From Pocillopora damicornis (taxonomy: Eukaryota), in contig NW_020843568.1 in NCBI RefSeq assembly GCF_003704095.1, forward strand, positions 186,001 through 250,000: 64,000 nt of DNA. The letters run 5' to 3'. The stretch's first letter is position 1. Each line of letters begins with the position of its first letter. Positions 48,217 through 62,734 of this stretch are shown here, in pieces. A model generated the notes under the pieces. That model saw only the letters and a program-made list of their open reading frames with translations. It did no database searches and was not told where the DNA came from. The translations under genes were made by a program, and so were the position numbers.

Positions 48217-50316
48217 ATGAGTCGTCAAAGATCTGCAGACGCTGCCCGCTTCAAACCAAAATATTTTTACCAGTTCAGAATTATTTTAATCGGCGACAGC
48301 ACTGTTGGAAAATCCTCGCTTTTGCGGCAGTTTACGGAAGGGCAATTTATCGAAAACTCCGACCCAACTGTCGGTGTGGATTTTCATGTCAGGGTTGTGA
48401 TGCTTACATGTGAGTTTTCAACCATTTTACTTAACGTTTGCCATGTTGCGTGTCAGCAATGCACATCGAATTTATCTTTGAGAAATATTAACTATCAATT
48501 GTTTTACCTATGATATAACCATTCCTAGAATGTCGTTGCGAATTCTTTTCCTGTTTTAGGAAGTGTTGCGTTGCTTTTAGCGCATCGTAGTAGAAAACAA
48601 ATTTTTTGCAAGTGATGTGGATTCGGTTAATTCTAAATTCACGATCGTTTGTCGTGGCTGCATTTTCAGCTTTAGTTGTACATCTTAAATCCTATTAGAA
48701 TATGAGGCCTTTATGCCTTGTTTAATTTTATCAACGTCCGAATATCCGTCTCAACCATTAGATTTGCACTGAACCGCTACAAAAAATGTGCCTTGGGTAG
48801 GTTTACGGAAGCTTTTGAATTAAGAAGTCTGCTTTTACATCTTTATGTAAAAAGATTAGCCGTCACCTGTTGGACTCTTGGAGAAAATGCATTCATTTAT
48901 ACTTGCTAATTTTGTAAGGGATATTTGAATTTCAATTAGGAAATATTTACAGTGGTAATGCCTATATCTACTGTTCTTGTGAAGTGGTTTAACTGAAATC
49001 GATCAGGTTTCTTGAAAAGTCATGTACTACGTAGGCCATATTCTTAAATATTGTCTCCAATTTAGCTTTATTTTGCTTGAAAATCTGAGATTAGGCAACG
49101 AAGTGTGAAACTGGTTAATCTGAATTAAAATGATGCTTGCATATTTTAGACGCCATGCCTGAGAAAATCGTTGAAATGTTTAAAAATTGTGAAATATTTT
49201 CCAGGTTTTCATGGTTAAAGTATTTTATTCTTGGTTAATTTACATTTTATTGCTGTTGCATTTTGAACACGATTATGAATAAGCACAACCTTTCATATGA
49301 TATTTATATCTCTTTGGAGGAGAGTCACTGGCAAGTCAGGGAGACAGCATTCTGAAATATAAATCTGACTCAAGCCAAATATTCTAAGTACATAAAATAG
49401 AGGACTCGTGTGGTCATGATTTAATGAAGTGTGGAAGTAGCTAAATAAGCCACCTCCTTTTGAGAGGTTTTGGGCTTTTCATTCAATACATGTATCTCTC
49501 TGTATTTGTCAATTTCCATATTAATAAGCTATAAGCTCTCCAAACTTTGCTCCTACAAGAATAAATGGGTACCAAAAGGGCTCTTAAATCAATCTGAGAT
49601 GCAAAGCTATTCAAAACTTTATGCACAGATTTTCAAGTTGCCAAAAAACAATAATTAGTTACCTATGGCAACTGCACTCTATTTTAAGAGTGTGAAAAAC
49701 AGATAGCAGGCTTGAGATATTAATCAGCTCAATATCACAGTATTTACTGTAATATATCAGGTGACACAATGAATTGATTTTCTCTGTTTTGTGTTCTTCA
49801 GCTGATGTCAGAATAAAGTTGCAGATCTGGGACACTGCAGGACAGGAAAGATTTCGTGCCATCACATACTCATACTATAGAAACACTGTTGGCTGCTTGA
49901 TTGTTTATGATATCACTAACAGGGAATCATTTCTTAATGTTAAAGACTGGTATACAGAGGCAAAGAACTGCGTAGAGGAAAGTGATGTTGTCTTCATGTT
50001 GATCGGTCATAAAATTGACAAAGAATCAATGAGGAAAGTTTCCACAGAGGAAGGAGAACGATTTGCAGAAGCAAACAATATGATGTTTATTGAAACATCA
50101 GCTAAGGTTTTATGCAATATCGAGGAAGCTTTTTTCAGAGTGACTGAGGAAGTACATAAACGTATGGAGAGAGGAGACCTGGGACTGAGAGATGGCTGGG
50201 ATGGAATTAAGGCACTGCCTATGCGGCCCACAGATGTGTTGGGTATTGGACATGCTATTTCAGCTGAAGACTTGCTGGAACATCATCAGGAGTCTAAAAA
50301 GTGCTGCATGGGTTGA
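48217..50316 (+). CDS. RAB39: Ras-related protein Rab-39; exons 48217-48409 and 49802-50316
   Basis: YQFRIILIGDSTVGKSSLL, SDPTVGVDF, IKLQIWDTAGQERF, YYRN, Rab39-type GHKxD, ETSAK, DGWDGIK and C-terminal CCMG; phase-1 intron. Confidence 0.95.
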
Positions 50317-52325
50317 TAAATTTTTTTTCAAATATGCACTAGTTAAAAAAAATTATCTTAATCCTCTACAAACTTGCTTCTAAACTAATCTAGATGTATC
50401 CCTTTAGCAAACATGTAGAATTTTTACTCTGGTAGAGGTGTAAAAATATTAACACTAACAATGTTCACTCCACAAACTAAATTTACTCAACTTAAAACCT
50501 TTCTTAGAAATCAGCTGAGGAATTTTCTCCCACTTTTTGTTTGGAATGAACGTAGGGTATGCCCAAGTGAAATAACAGGTTGACAGATAATTTCACTGTA
50601 CAGATTTCTCACCAAATGTAAATGCTTAAGCTTAAGTTCTGGAGCTATCAGACACTAACAGTTTAGCCATTCAATAGAAACTCCACTTGGAAAACATATA
50701 TGTGAAGGTTAGGAACTAGAATTTTGTCTCAAATCCTCAAGGCTGGATTGTTAATCATAAATTGGTATTTAATCATTCGTGGGACCTATACAGTAGATAG
50801 TTTAAAGCTAGGATAAAAGTTGATCATGCAGTTTTGTGAGTGAGAGAAGTCCTGAAAAGAACTATCATCCTATTTTGACATCATCAAATTGTTTTGATTC
50901 TCACTCTGATGATGACTTCCACCCAGGTTGTTGTAGTGTCATCAACAAACATCTTTGTCATTGTCACTCTCACTCTTTAGATGACATGATCAACAATTAC
51001 AGACTTCACATTTTTAGGAGGATGTTATGGGGTCTCATTTCACTCATTACTTTAAGAATTCAGCCTGAGTAGATTACGTTACTATGGACCAGAGCAAGAA
51101 GAATGACCTAACTTAAAAACTAGAGTGAGTGAAATGTAGCAATAGGGATAGTTTTTTTTTCTAAACTTCAGAAAGGTTAAGTTTTTGCCAATTTCTGTGG
51201 TTTTTAGTTGTAGTAAAAAGTTTAGAGTGTTTAGGAGAGGAATCTTAACTTCAGGTCATTAGCTAGAATGTGCAGATATTGTTTGCAATACTTTTAATTG
51301 TATCAGTCAAGAGGTTTTTATTTTGTTTAGTTAGGTGGTTTCATACTATTTTTTGTTACTTTTTATGAGTGGGTTTGGTTTTATTTATGATGATATGAAG
51401 TGTATAACTTATTATTTTTACTAATTTTAACCAAAAACAGGCAGATCTTCCAGTTATTGTCAGGTTTGGTTAAATCAAGAATAAAAAAAAAACCATACTT
51501 CACTCCTAGTGATTTACTCATCATTTTGTTCTTACATGAATTAAGAGGGACACCCATTTAAAGGGGTAGCTTCATTCAATGTAGCCCTGGCAGGGTTCTT
51601 GGATGAGATACCAAACCATGTCCCCCACCACTAAGTAAAATATGTTCTAGCAGATTGCTGATGTAAACAAGAGATGCTGGAGAGCTGGAGAAGTGAGCTG
51701 TTGTCTACCNNNNNNNNNNNNNNNNNNNNNNNNNNNNNNNNNNNNNNNNNNNNNNNNNNNNNNNNNNNNNAGTAAGTCTACAAAGAAGTTTTGACAGGGA
51801 AATACCATTGATATTCAGTATATACTTATTTTATTTATAAGCATTAAAGACAATCATTCTTAACACAAACATGATGTAGGATTTATGAACTAAAAAGTCT
51901 CATCTGAACCGTTTGTGATGACAAAACTCTGAGTGATAATTGAAGTAACATTGCTGTTTCAAAGGTGTTTGTTTTCTTAGCTGAACCTCACAAATAGATG
52001 GTGGACAAAGTTGACAACAAAGGCTTACAATTTTTAGTTTGGCAGAATTTGACCAAATAAAGTTTTGTTGAGGCTAACTGATTAACAGTGACAGTTCTAA
52101 GGAAAGTAACAAAGTTCAAGGCCATGGTTCTGATAGACAAAGGTGGAAAGGAAGAAACTAAGAAAGTTATTCTGTAAAAGTGATTTGACTGGTGGTGCAA
52201 CAGAGCACAGCTTTAGAACATCTACACATGGCACAGTCATGTTTAGAACAAAATGCAATCATCAAAAATCCTTTAGTGATAGATATCCACCCATCACCTC
52301 ATATATGTATATCAAAAAACCTGCA

Positions 52326-55300
52326 TTATACTGCAGATATTTCAGCATCTTCAGGAATGAGGCCAAGACCTTTCAGAGCAAAAATAGCTGCCTGTGCTTT
52401 AGCCTGTTTTTTGTTGCCACACACCACTGCAGGCTGGTACTCTACACTGTTCACTAAAACTTTAAACAGAAACTGTTTATGGTGTGCAGGGCCATGATCA
52501 AAGACTAAAGTGTAGTCGGGCAGTTGCCATTTTCTCTTACTGCAATACTCAGCCAGGGCAGACACAGGATGCTTTCCTGCAAAGTACGATTGAAAAAAAA
52601 GTTTATGAGAAAAAGACACGTCATGGAAACATGAACATCACTTTGATACAACTCTCTTAAAGATGGAGCTACACAAAATGTAAGACAAGCAATAGCGACA
52701 ATAACAGGCTAAACTGCAGTCTCCTCTGCCTCTGGCACAAATAATGAGCAGCCTCCCTGTTACTTTACAATTGCTCCATTCATGTCACAAGAGGGCCAAC
52801 TAACAGGCTAGGAAAAGTTTATAGTGTAACTTGCAAGACACTACATTCTTCAAAAGCAACATCTGAGGGAACAAAGAACACTGCAAAGGTTTAGCCTGCT
52901 TTTCAAGTATTGAAATTGGAATCTGTAGTTTTGTCCCCTGCTTACAATATTATTTTTGAAACATCCTCTTCAGTTTCTCTCTTGGCAGGAATTCCTGTGT
53001 TAGAAGTAGTGTTGAAGATACCAAGGAAAGAAAGATTTTTATCCACCAAAACAGCAACAGTGAAAGTTTCAATCCAATGAAGATAAACTTATGCTCCCAA
53101 AAGGCCTGTATTGACCCTGTACAATATAGGAGTAACAATGCCTTGAAGCTTTTAATTAATAACCTGTGCTTTATTGGTGGATAGTTACCTTCCATTACAG
53201 TCCATTTCAAAAATAAAGAGAGGACTGGAGAAAAAGTGGTCATCAACTGATTTTTGCGAAAGAAATATCAAATAATATTACCTCATTGAAGAGCAAGACA
53301 TTATCTTAGGACACAATTTCATGAGTATTCTAGTTTCTTCTGTTACAAAAAGCTCCTTTTAACTTGCCAAAAAAAATTTTAAAAAAATGAGAAAAAAAAT
53401 CATAAACTTGATGTATTAGGGACTTGATCCCTTGAACCTGTTTTTTAAGATCATAAGGATGAACTAACCCTGATCCCCATTTCTTAGACTGCATTTTTCC
53501 TTTGGATGACTAGGATCCCATTCCAATTATTGTCCTAAGATTACTTTGATCTTCATGCATCAAATGGGCTAGAAAATCAAATTTGAACAGATTCATCTTC
53601 TCCTTGTTCATCATGAAAACAGGTATCATCCCCAAGGAATAATTATCTGAAGGCAACTAATTTAAGTTTGTGCGAAAACCTTTCATCTGACAAGTGGATG
53701 TTCACAAAGATTTCTCCAGCACTCTCCCCATATTTGGAAAGAACTAATTGGGTGATTTTGTGTCAAGAATGTTCATTAATGAACCCTAAATTTTGAATTT
53801 CAGAACTAGCCTGCTTTATCTGAGAACTTTCTTAAACATCTTTTAAATAATTAATGGTGACAGAATGAGATATGAAGTTAATTTCATTCACTTCTCCTTT
53901 GATTTAAAGATCAACTGCCTTTTTCTCCCATCAAAAAAAAAATACACATATACCATAAAATGTGTTAAATTTTTAGGAGGACTATGCTGACTTCTCAGAA
54001 ATGCAGCTTTTGAATTGTGTAGTATTGCTTTTGAAATCAGGGAAAATCATTCAAAATTGCTTCATCTGCAAGTAAAACTGAGTAACTCATTTGTATTATA
54101 CTAGTGAGTCAACATAATTTTAGAACTCACAAAAGTTTCAAAAAAAGGGTTCTGAACTTCAGTCAGGACTTGTTCAAGAATGAAGGTATCCAGCCACAAA
54201 ACACACCCAGTAATATTTACCTGATGTCATCAAAAATAAGTCTTTGTGTGATCATCATTTGATGGTACAATCTCCTTGTGGTGCTAAAATTCTCAACATC
54301 GGATCAAGAGGCATTGCATATTGAATTGCTTGTATGTAGGCTTCATTTCAAAGGGGTCGATGCCTTTTACTGCTGGGAAAAATTTATTTGTTTCCATGCA
54401 TTAGCATAGAATGGCACAATTCACTGGGCCATTCTATGCTGTATGACAACACTCTGTGACCATTATTGGAATCTTCTAATATGTGTGAGCTGGATAAACA
54501 ATTTACTGCGAATAGTACAACAGTGACAAAATCAGAACTGAAGCAAAAGTTGCCATCACCAAATAACAAGCAAGAATATAATTACAGTCTGCAAAATGCC
54601 ATAGCCTTGGATGCAAAATCAAATCTCTGACTAGCATTTGATTGAATGACTCATTGATTACAGAAAGTGTAATTTTCTAAACAATACAATCTAATTGTGA
54701 GTTGTAAACCCCAATTCTCAATCTATCACTGTTGTGAAAACAAGAAGTTCCCACATTATTAATACAACCTTACACAAGAGACCCAAAGAGAGATGTCTAG
54801 AGTAAAGGAAAACATGTCAGAAATGTTTTTAAATTATAAGTGCCATGATATTTCTCAAAATGGGATACAAGATGACAACGGATAAAGGAAGATTATAAAA
54901 CCAACTAAAAGTAATAAAAGGCAGAACTACATGTAAGAAGTGTGCACCGACTGAGAAACAATGCTCAGAAATTTGGGTCACAATTTGGTTGGTCAACAAG
55001 CAATTCAAATTCCAATGCCTCTACAACAAAGTACTCAAACTCAAACAATATATAATATTGCTACCTAATAATTTTAATCAAAATAATTATTGCTTTAATA
55101 AAAGAGCCTTTCCCCCAATACCTCCCTCCCCCTCTGAAAAAAAAGAAAAAAAAATGCTGGACAGTAGGAAGATGCTTAAATATAAATTAATCTCAAGGGA
55201 TATACTGAACTAGACAAATCCACTTTTTACGAAGGTCAGCCATTTAACAGTCCTTCTACATAATATTATACATGTCTACTAATCATTTCCAAAACCTGTC

Positions 55301-58300
55301 AGACATACCCTAAAGATACAGGAAATACCTCACTTGAGTTATCTTCAGAGTCCATTTATATAACTTATGGATCCTTCATTTTTTTCTCCTTTCAATCTAA
55401 GGCCCACCTGCTTCAGTCTTTGGCCATAAATTGAGAGGGTAAAAACTTGGTCTGTCAGTTATGATATGGACAGAGACGACAGCCCAAGTCAGTGACAGCA
55501 ATTTGCCAGATGTCAGGATGTCAATGCCAAGCTGGGAGTGACAAATCATTATGAACTGCAAACAACTTTGAGAAAGTCTTTCCCTTTTACATACACCATT
55601 TCTATACTCTCCACTAAAACAAATTTAAAAAATTTCTTAATGATTATCATCAGATGATACTCAGACAATGATGGCGATGTCACTAGTTGGTGAAAAAACA
55701 GTCAGCACAAGTTACCTTGCAGGTCCAGAACAGTAGGAGCACCTTTCTTGGTAGCCTTTTCCTTTCCAGCACTGAGACCTTTCCTATCAATTTTGACAGT
55801 AAGAGCGATAGGTTCAGCGTAACCTTCTCCTCTTTTACCAATCACTTGTCCAGGTTTCCATCCCATTTTTTGGAGAAGCTTCATGCCGATACCACCAGAA
55901 ACTGGTGAGAGGTTGTGAAACATGTCCTGCAATCAAGATGACAATTCAATATCATTGCAACCAGAAACAACAGGCATACTATTTAAAATAGCATTTATTG
56001 GTAGACATGTGCATGTTCAACAAAAACAATAACTATTACTTAAAAGCATAAATCCCCCCTCTTGAATGCTTACAGGTTAGGATCTGCTTTTATAGGTAAG
56101 TCATAAGGATATTTTCTGTCCAATTCTGATTGAATCTAACACAAATTAGAAATGTTTGGGGTTTTAAAAAGATCAAGAATACATGCACACACAAAGAAAT
56201 CTACCTTTTTGGCCCATGCCTGGAAGCCTCCTTGCAAATCTTCCTTTGGCAAAAGATTCTTCACAAGCTCTCCAGTAAACTGGCCTGGCTTAACATTTGA
56301 TTGGCACCAATTCTGCATCTTCATTTGAATCTCCTGGAGAACCAACAGGGCCTCAATGTCATTAGGGTCAGTCTGCAGCCGCCTTTGTGCATCCATTCGC
56401 TTAGTAACAAGGTCACTGATGTCCAGTTTCTGAAAGAAGTGGAGAAGGGAATATTTCCCATACAGTTTGTACATACAACAGAATTATCAAAAATGAAAGT
56501 GATAATTGAACTAAAGGAAACAAAAACATCAGCTATATACCTCAGCAGAAGGTTGAGGAAATACTTCTACTTTTGGTTGCGTCTGAATTGCAGAGCCATC
56601 TATGTTGGCAACCATTTCAGCCCCATCATTGACACCCTCTTTTTCTCTGTGTTTACTTCCACAAGACACAGGAAACTGCTCCTGCAGAGGTTTGGATGAC
56701 CCTACTTGTGGGACCATAGGCTTGTTCACCTAGATAAGGAAGATTAGTAAGAAAGATTAAGTTCTCTCTCACAATGACCACAAATTTAAATTCAAACCTT
56801 AATCAGAGAACACATGCATAAATAGATACATCAAACTAGTTACCTTTCATATCTACACATCAAAATTTTAGTGCTTTCAATCTAGACCTGAGGTTCAGTT
56901 TTACATAAAACACATGCACACACTAAAAAAAATGGTGTACATGCACTACTTTTATTAACTTACTGGAAAGATAACAGGTGGTATTGTGATATCTGGCTTT
57001 TCTTTAATTAAAAATGGATGGTGTGCCACTGGCTGAGAATCTTCTTTCTTTTCTAAAGTTGTTACACTTGTGTTACCACTGTCTATACTCTCCTTTTCAT
57101 CCTGTAGCTTTTTACAGAAAGCAGTAAGCTCCGCAATAGTTTTCCCTCCAGCCCTCTGTGCAACTTTTGTCTGCTGTGCAGAAAGATCACTTGCGACTGG
57201 TTTGTCAATCAAAGTAGATATTTTATCTGTTACTGGCACATTGGGTACTGATGAAGGATTCCTTGGTTGTGTTTTTTCCTTTGATTTTGACCGAGATCTA
57301 CTACTCTTACTCCTCCTTCTTTCTCTAGATGCTGATCTTTGACCTCTTCCTCTTGAGTGTGACCTTGATCTGGATCTATGATGTCTCCTGTCCCTAGACA
57401 AGGATCGTGTCCTCTTCCTTGGGGTTCTAGTTCTTGATCTAGAGTGTGACCTTCTTCCTCTTGATCTTGAACGTGACTGTTTCCTTCTTGGAGAACTCCT
57501 TCTCCTTGGAGGTGACCTACCAGATCTAGAGTATGATCTTGACCTTTGTCTCCTGAGAGATCCTACATTTTTTTTCCAGGAAGGTGGAGAAACCCCTCTA
57601 AAGCTTTTAAATACAGGAGATTTATGGCGTGACCTGGAAAGTGATCTTTTACGTCTTGGTGACCTAGAGAATGATCTTTTTCTTCGTCTTGGGGACCTTG
57701 ATCTTGACCTACTGTTGTATGAATGGGAACGTGAACTTGACTTGGATTCAGTTCTTCTGTGGCGATTCCTTTTTGAGTGTGACCTTGACCTTGATCTCTT
57801 TTTGGATGTTCTGCTCCTTGAATGTGACCGTGACCTTGGCTTCTTCTTCTTTGCAGACTGCTTAGAACTTGATTGTGAGCCGGATTTCCTTTTAGTCTCT
57901 CTATCATTGGAATGGGATCTTGAGTCTCTCTCCTTGTTATTTCCAGACAATTTAGACTCTGGGGACTTTGACTTACTCCTAGAAGATGAAGTACTCTTTT
58001 TGTTCTCCAAATCTTCTGCATCACTCCCTGAACAATTACTGTTAAAATCTCTCTCCGGGCCTATTTTTGCAGCAACTGGAGTAGATATCAAGTCATTTTT
58101 ATCATTCTCTAACCTAATACTTTTAAAATAACTCTCTGACTTTTCTTCTTTGGAATCTGAAGGTTTAGATCCATGAACATCCTGGATAGGCTTTTCATCA
58201 CAGTTGGTCTGCGCTGGTTGAACAGCGTTACCATACCCAGCAGTGCCATTCTGTGAGGCCAGTTCTCTATCCTTTTCCTCGGTGTCAAGATTTTTGTCTT

Positions 58301-58589
58301 TCTTAAGAACAAAATCGGCCTCAATTTCATCTGGTGTCCGTGATTTCGATCGAGACTGTGAGCGTGATCTTGACTTATGTTTTCGTTTTTTGTGCTTTTT
58401 CTTGTCCTTTGACTTCGACTTTGAGTGTTTCTTGTGCTTATGTTTTCTAGAGCGTTTCTCTTTCGAAACCTCCTCACTCTTTTTGTCTACATTAGAAGAG
58501 GACTCTTCATCTCCGTTATTTTCACTACCCTCCTCCATCCTGTATACCGATTTTAAAACATTCGCAAGTTCGTCGGACACAAAACTCAT
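52326..58589 (-). CDS. SON: SON splicing cofactor (RS domain, G-patch, dsRBM). Exons: 58589-56964, 56729-56541, 56429-56205, 55926-55716, 52576-52326
   Basis: K/H-rich N-terminus, long RS region, IAELTAFCKKL, HHPF, QFPVSCGSKHR, PGQFTG, QAWAKKD, G-patch GIGMKLLQKMGWKPG and dsRBM GKHPVSALAEYCSKRKW. Confidence 0.95.
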
Positions 58590-58788
58590 CGTTTTCAGCA
58601 AAATAAAGAAATTATATAATCTGTGAACTATACTTGTATCCAGCGCATACCTCTTACGAGAAGCCGCTGGCGTAAACCGACGAGAAGTTCATCGAAGGTC
58701 AGAGACAAAACTTTTCAAGTTTTGATCCTTCAGTTCGGAGTTTATTTAATAAGCATTTTGCTTTACCATCAAGCTTTCTATAGCAGTC

Positions 58789-60064
58789 ATGGCTTCACGA
58801 GATGGGCCTAGGGCTTCTGGAACTGATGGCTCAGATTTTAGTCACAGACAGCGTGTGGCTTCACATTACAAAGAGAGCGTCCTTTGGAAGGGGAAATTAA
58901 AAGCTTGTCTTTGCCTCCATTTATTTCTGATCGTGGCTGCTGGAGGTTGGATTGCTGCTGCTTACAATGGGTAAGGAAAAAAATTATCATCTTAATCATA
59001 ATTGTGTAGCTAAAGGAAAATGTACTTCCATGAAAACAAGATTAGCTGATGGTGCTTCAAGAGATAACAGCAGGGTTAAAATTATTAGCCTCTGTAGTAA
59101 TAGAAGCAGCTATTTCAGTATATTTAATCAGTAATTTTTCTTTATTTTGGATCACAAAGTGGTTAAATCATCCACCCTGCTAGGGAAAGATTTCCGTATA
59201 ACTCTACATCTCATTACGCAGACAGAGCATGGATAACAGAAAACAATAGCAGTACAAAAGATTGCCTTTGAGACTACAGCTTTGTTTTGGAATATTAAGG
59301 GGTTTATACGGCAAACTCTCCAACCGATTAAAACTAAATGAGGCTCATCTTTTTAATTAATTGGTTCTAGTGTCATGCCCTCATGGGTGGTAAGCAGGGA
59401 TAATGTGAAATGCTTTGAAATCCACTAGATNNNNNNNNNNNNNNNNNNNNNNNNNNNNNNNNNNNNNNNNNNNNNNNNNNNNNNNNNNNNNNNNNNNNNN
59501 NNNNNNNNNNNNNNNNNNNNNNNNNNNNNNTTGTCTGTAATGAGGTAAAAGAACAAATTCTATGGCATATAAGTGGGTATTTAGTGATAGTAAAAAAGGT
59601 ATTGCAGCTAGAATCAAGAATTATGAAATAGACCAGGTTGGAATTTTTAGAGTTGAGAGGTTAAACACCTGCAAGATTTTAAACTGAACATTTGCATTTA
59701 TGTGATTCACAGAATGGTTAAAGATCAACCAAAACTTTGGCAGGCAGCCTGGTTATTGAGTGCTCTACCTACAATTGTAGGGCTTCTAAGCCTTCCAAAG
59801 AACAATACCAAACAACTTTACATTTATGCATTTGCAACATTATTTATTGGGGTTGGTCCTCTAGCATTTGGTGCTTGTGTAATGGTTCAAGAAATCTTCT
59901 ATAATGTTAGTCAAGGAAGAGCACCAGCTACCCAGGAACATCAGATGGCACCAATGAAAATGGCATTGTCAGCTTTCCTGATTCAATTTCATGGAATCAG
60001 TTTGTATTACGCAAACAAGCTCATTACTGCATGGAGTTCCAAGGGAGAGAAAAAGAACTCATAA
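58789..60064 (+). CDS. JAGN1: Protein jagunal homolog 1; exons 58789-58970 and 59713-60064
   Basis: [27 protein letters not shown] signature, 4 TM segments and a C-terminal di-lysine (EKKNS); phase-2 intron containing an N gap. Confidence 0.93.
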
Positions 60065-60892
60065 TGCATCACAAATCTGAACTTAGTTAGAAGGCTACAG
60101 AAGGATATCATCAGAGAGAATAGAACTATTCCTCCAAGAACTGGACAGTATGAATTAAGTCAAAAAGAAAAATGCTTATGGCTTCAATTAACAAAAGCAG
60201 TAAAATTTCCAGTCCAACGTTGGTATTCTAGAACCTATGAATTTTCATTGAATTCTAAGTGTAACAGGTATTTGGTGAAATACTTGTAACCATAGTTAGT
60301 CAATTATTCTGTTGTAACTAAGAACACTCTTGGATCAAACACCAAACTTGTTACCTGAAGACCTGTTTCAGGTCCATGCAAGTAGTGTAGAAACGGAGGA
60401 GATCTAACAAATGTAAGTTAGAAGAGAATCTTGTTTCCCTAGGCTTCAATTTATACCTTTTCCTCTCCAGTTTTGCAGGATTTTTAGGAAAAGGTTCTGC
60501 AAGCTGGTTGTGACAGAAAAACTGATTAGTTACTTGGGGTTAGGCATATGTACACCAACAACTTTGATCCACTTTCCCTTTATCAGTCAATTTGAGTGTC
60601 AGAAGCGAGCTAAGAAAGCTAGAAACCTTTAGTCAGTAGGAACTAGGTTGAAATTAGGTTGAAATTAGGTTTTCCTGTATGTAATAATTTATGCAATAAT
60701 ATTCTTTAAATACTAGTCAATTACTTCTGTTGTTCAGCTAAATATTTTATTTGAAATATTCTACTAAGACTATAATAAAAAATTAGATGTACTTCATTTC
60801 TAAAAAGTTTAAATTAGTAGGATGCTGAAAATACAGTCTTGATAATATATAAATACTACCATCCTTCAGTGTTCTGTCTGGCATTCAATGTT

Positions 60893-62734
60893 TCACTTCT
60901 GCTTGCGTGCTTTCATTTTTTCTCTTATCTCAAATATTGCAAAGATCTTGACAGTGACTGTAACTGTTGCTACAGCAACCTTTTCTTGAAAAGTCAGTTG
61001 TTCCATATCCTTGTTTTCAAGTGACATCTCTCTACTGTTTCCTACAAATTCTTCATAATGCTCCTCTCGTATCAGGATTGGTGGTCCAAGTGATTGGTTG
61101 AACATTTGAACAACTTCTAGAGCTTTGCTCTTTGCATTTCTGACTGCACAAACACAGGCTTGCCGTCTGAAGCAAAATGATAAATAAACTATGGAAAAAG
61201 TTTGCCTTTTCTGTTGGTTGGGGGTTAGGGGATTTCTGAATCTTCAGACTAAGTGCACACACTTTGACTGGAGAGGGACTAGCAAAGAAAGAGTTGAGGA
61301 GGGCAGCCTTCTCCTTCTAAGCAACATGACCTTCAAGTTGGTTTCTTATAATCCATAATTGAAAAGCACATGATCCATGATCTACCTATCCCTGGAAGCA
61401 CTACACTCAAAGAATCCCACAGCTTACTGATTTAGTTGACAATGACATCACTGTAAGCAGTTATCAACCTTTTTACTCCAAAGATCCTGATATAACTTCT
61501 CCTCTACAGTATGTATCCTATACAATTCTTGTGATTGTGGCTCTGAGAAGTTAGTGTTGAAAACCAAAAAGATCCCTTTTTCGTAATTTTTTTCTACCCG
61601 TTACTTTTATTTTGGGTTGATAATATATAATAATATTAGCCTTTTCCACCCCAAGGTCAGTATGCATATTCTCCATGCTGTCTATATTTTTCCTAAGGTG
61701 CTGTCAAGGAGATTTTGCTTAACAATCAAGAGCTCCTGTACTTTTTGATCGTTTCCAAAATTCTAATGACCTTAATGTTTGATTAAGAGGTGACACTTAA
61801 AGGAGAAATTAGATGCTGTAAGGAGAGAGACCTCGATTGTCACTTCTGTGAGTGCACTGCAGTATTACAGCCCTTGAGGTAGCTAAGGTGAATGGGGGTC
61901 CAAGGTAAGGCTTTCAAGAATATATTTAGTAAACATAAATAAGTTACTGTAGAGATTCCTGTTTTAATTTGGAAATAAGGTAGTCAGTATCAAGATTCTT
62001 CCAGTTTGAGCTTGCAAGCTTCAGTGCTTGGGTCGTGTTGCAAGTAGACTGCATCCTCTAGCTTACCTTAATGATTCAAGCTTGCTAGCTGTGTGATATA
62101 GCACAGGACTTGATACTTTCACTGTTTCATCGAGCTTTTCCACAAGCAGGTTACACACTTCTTCACACTTGGAGAAATCACTGAATTCTACAACTACTTC
62201 AATTTCCATTTGATATAGGTTATTGATTCTGTTTAAAATTTTGTGAACGATAAAGTCTTTGACATGGTGAGATTTCAGAGTCTGCAGAACGTAGTCGACT
62301 CTGCGATTTACACTTGTCTTCACCACCTCCACAGATTCCTATAGATAAAAAATTAAACAACTTCCAGTCACAGCAATAAGCTACTTGCAGGTAAAACCGT
62401 GTTCGTTTTCTCTGTGCATCAGGTTTTTCAGCTTTCGAATAAACACGCAGTTTTACTGAAAACTAGCTCTCAGTTAATCCCTCCATCAACATATTTATAC
62501 AAATTCGCCTTAGTCGCTTACCTTGGTATTGGAACAGACAATCGAAACCTTAGCTTTATCAGGAGGAAGAGTAACTTCTCCAGTCTCGAATATCTGAATT
62601 TCTCGTCTATTGTCAAACGCTCCTTCGAGTTTCGAGTCCATTTTTTCCGGATTTACACCCTCATTTTCGCTCATTGAAGTAAACTCAGCAAAAACTTTAG
62701 CTGGACTATGCTTTCTGGGTTCCAATCGACTCAT
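60893..62734 (-). CDS. IRAK1BP1: IRAK1-binding protein 1 (SIMPL family); exons 62734-62522, 62338-62067, 61166-60893
   Basis: PAKVFAE, REIQIFETGEVTLPPDKA, KTSVNRRVDYVLQTL, CNLLVEKLDETV, LESLRRQACVCAVRNAKSKA, LGPPILIREE; phases are compatible. Confidence 0.88.

Noticed and set aside
57070-58626. Overlapping and antisense ORFs over SON exon 1
   Set aside because: These are by-products of low-complexity RS/K codons.
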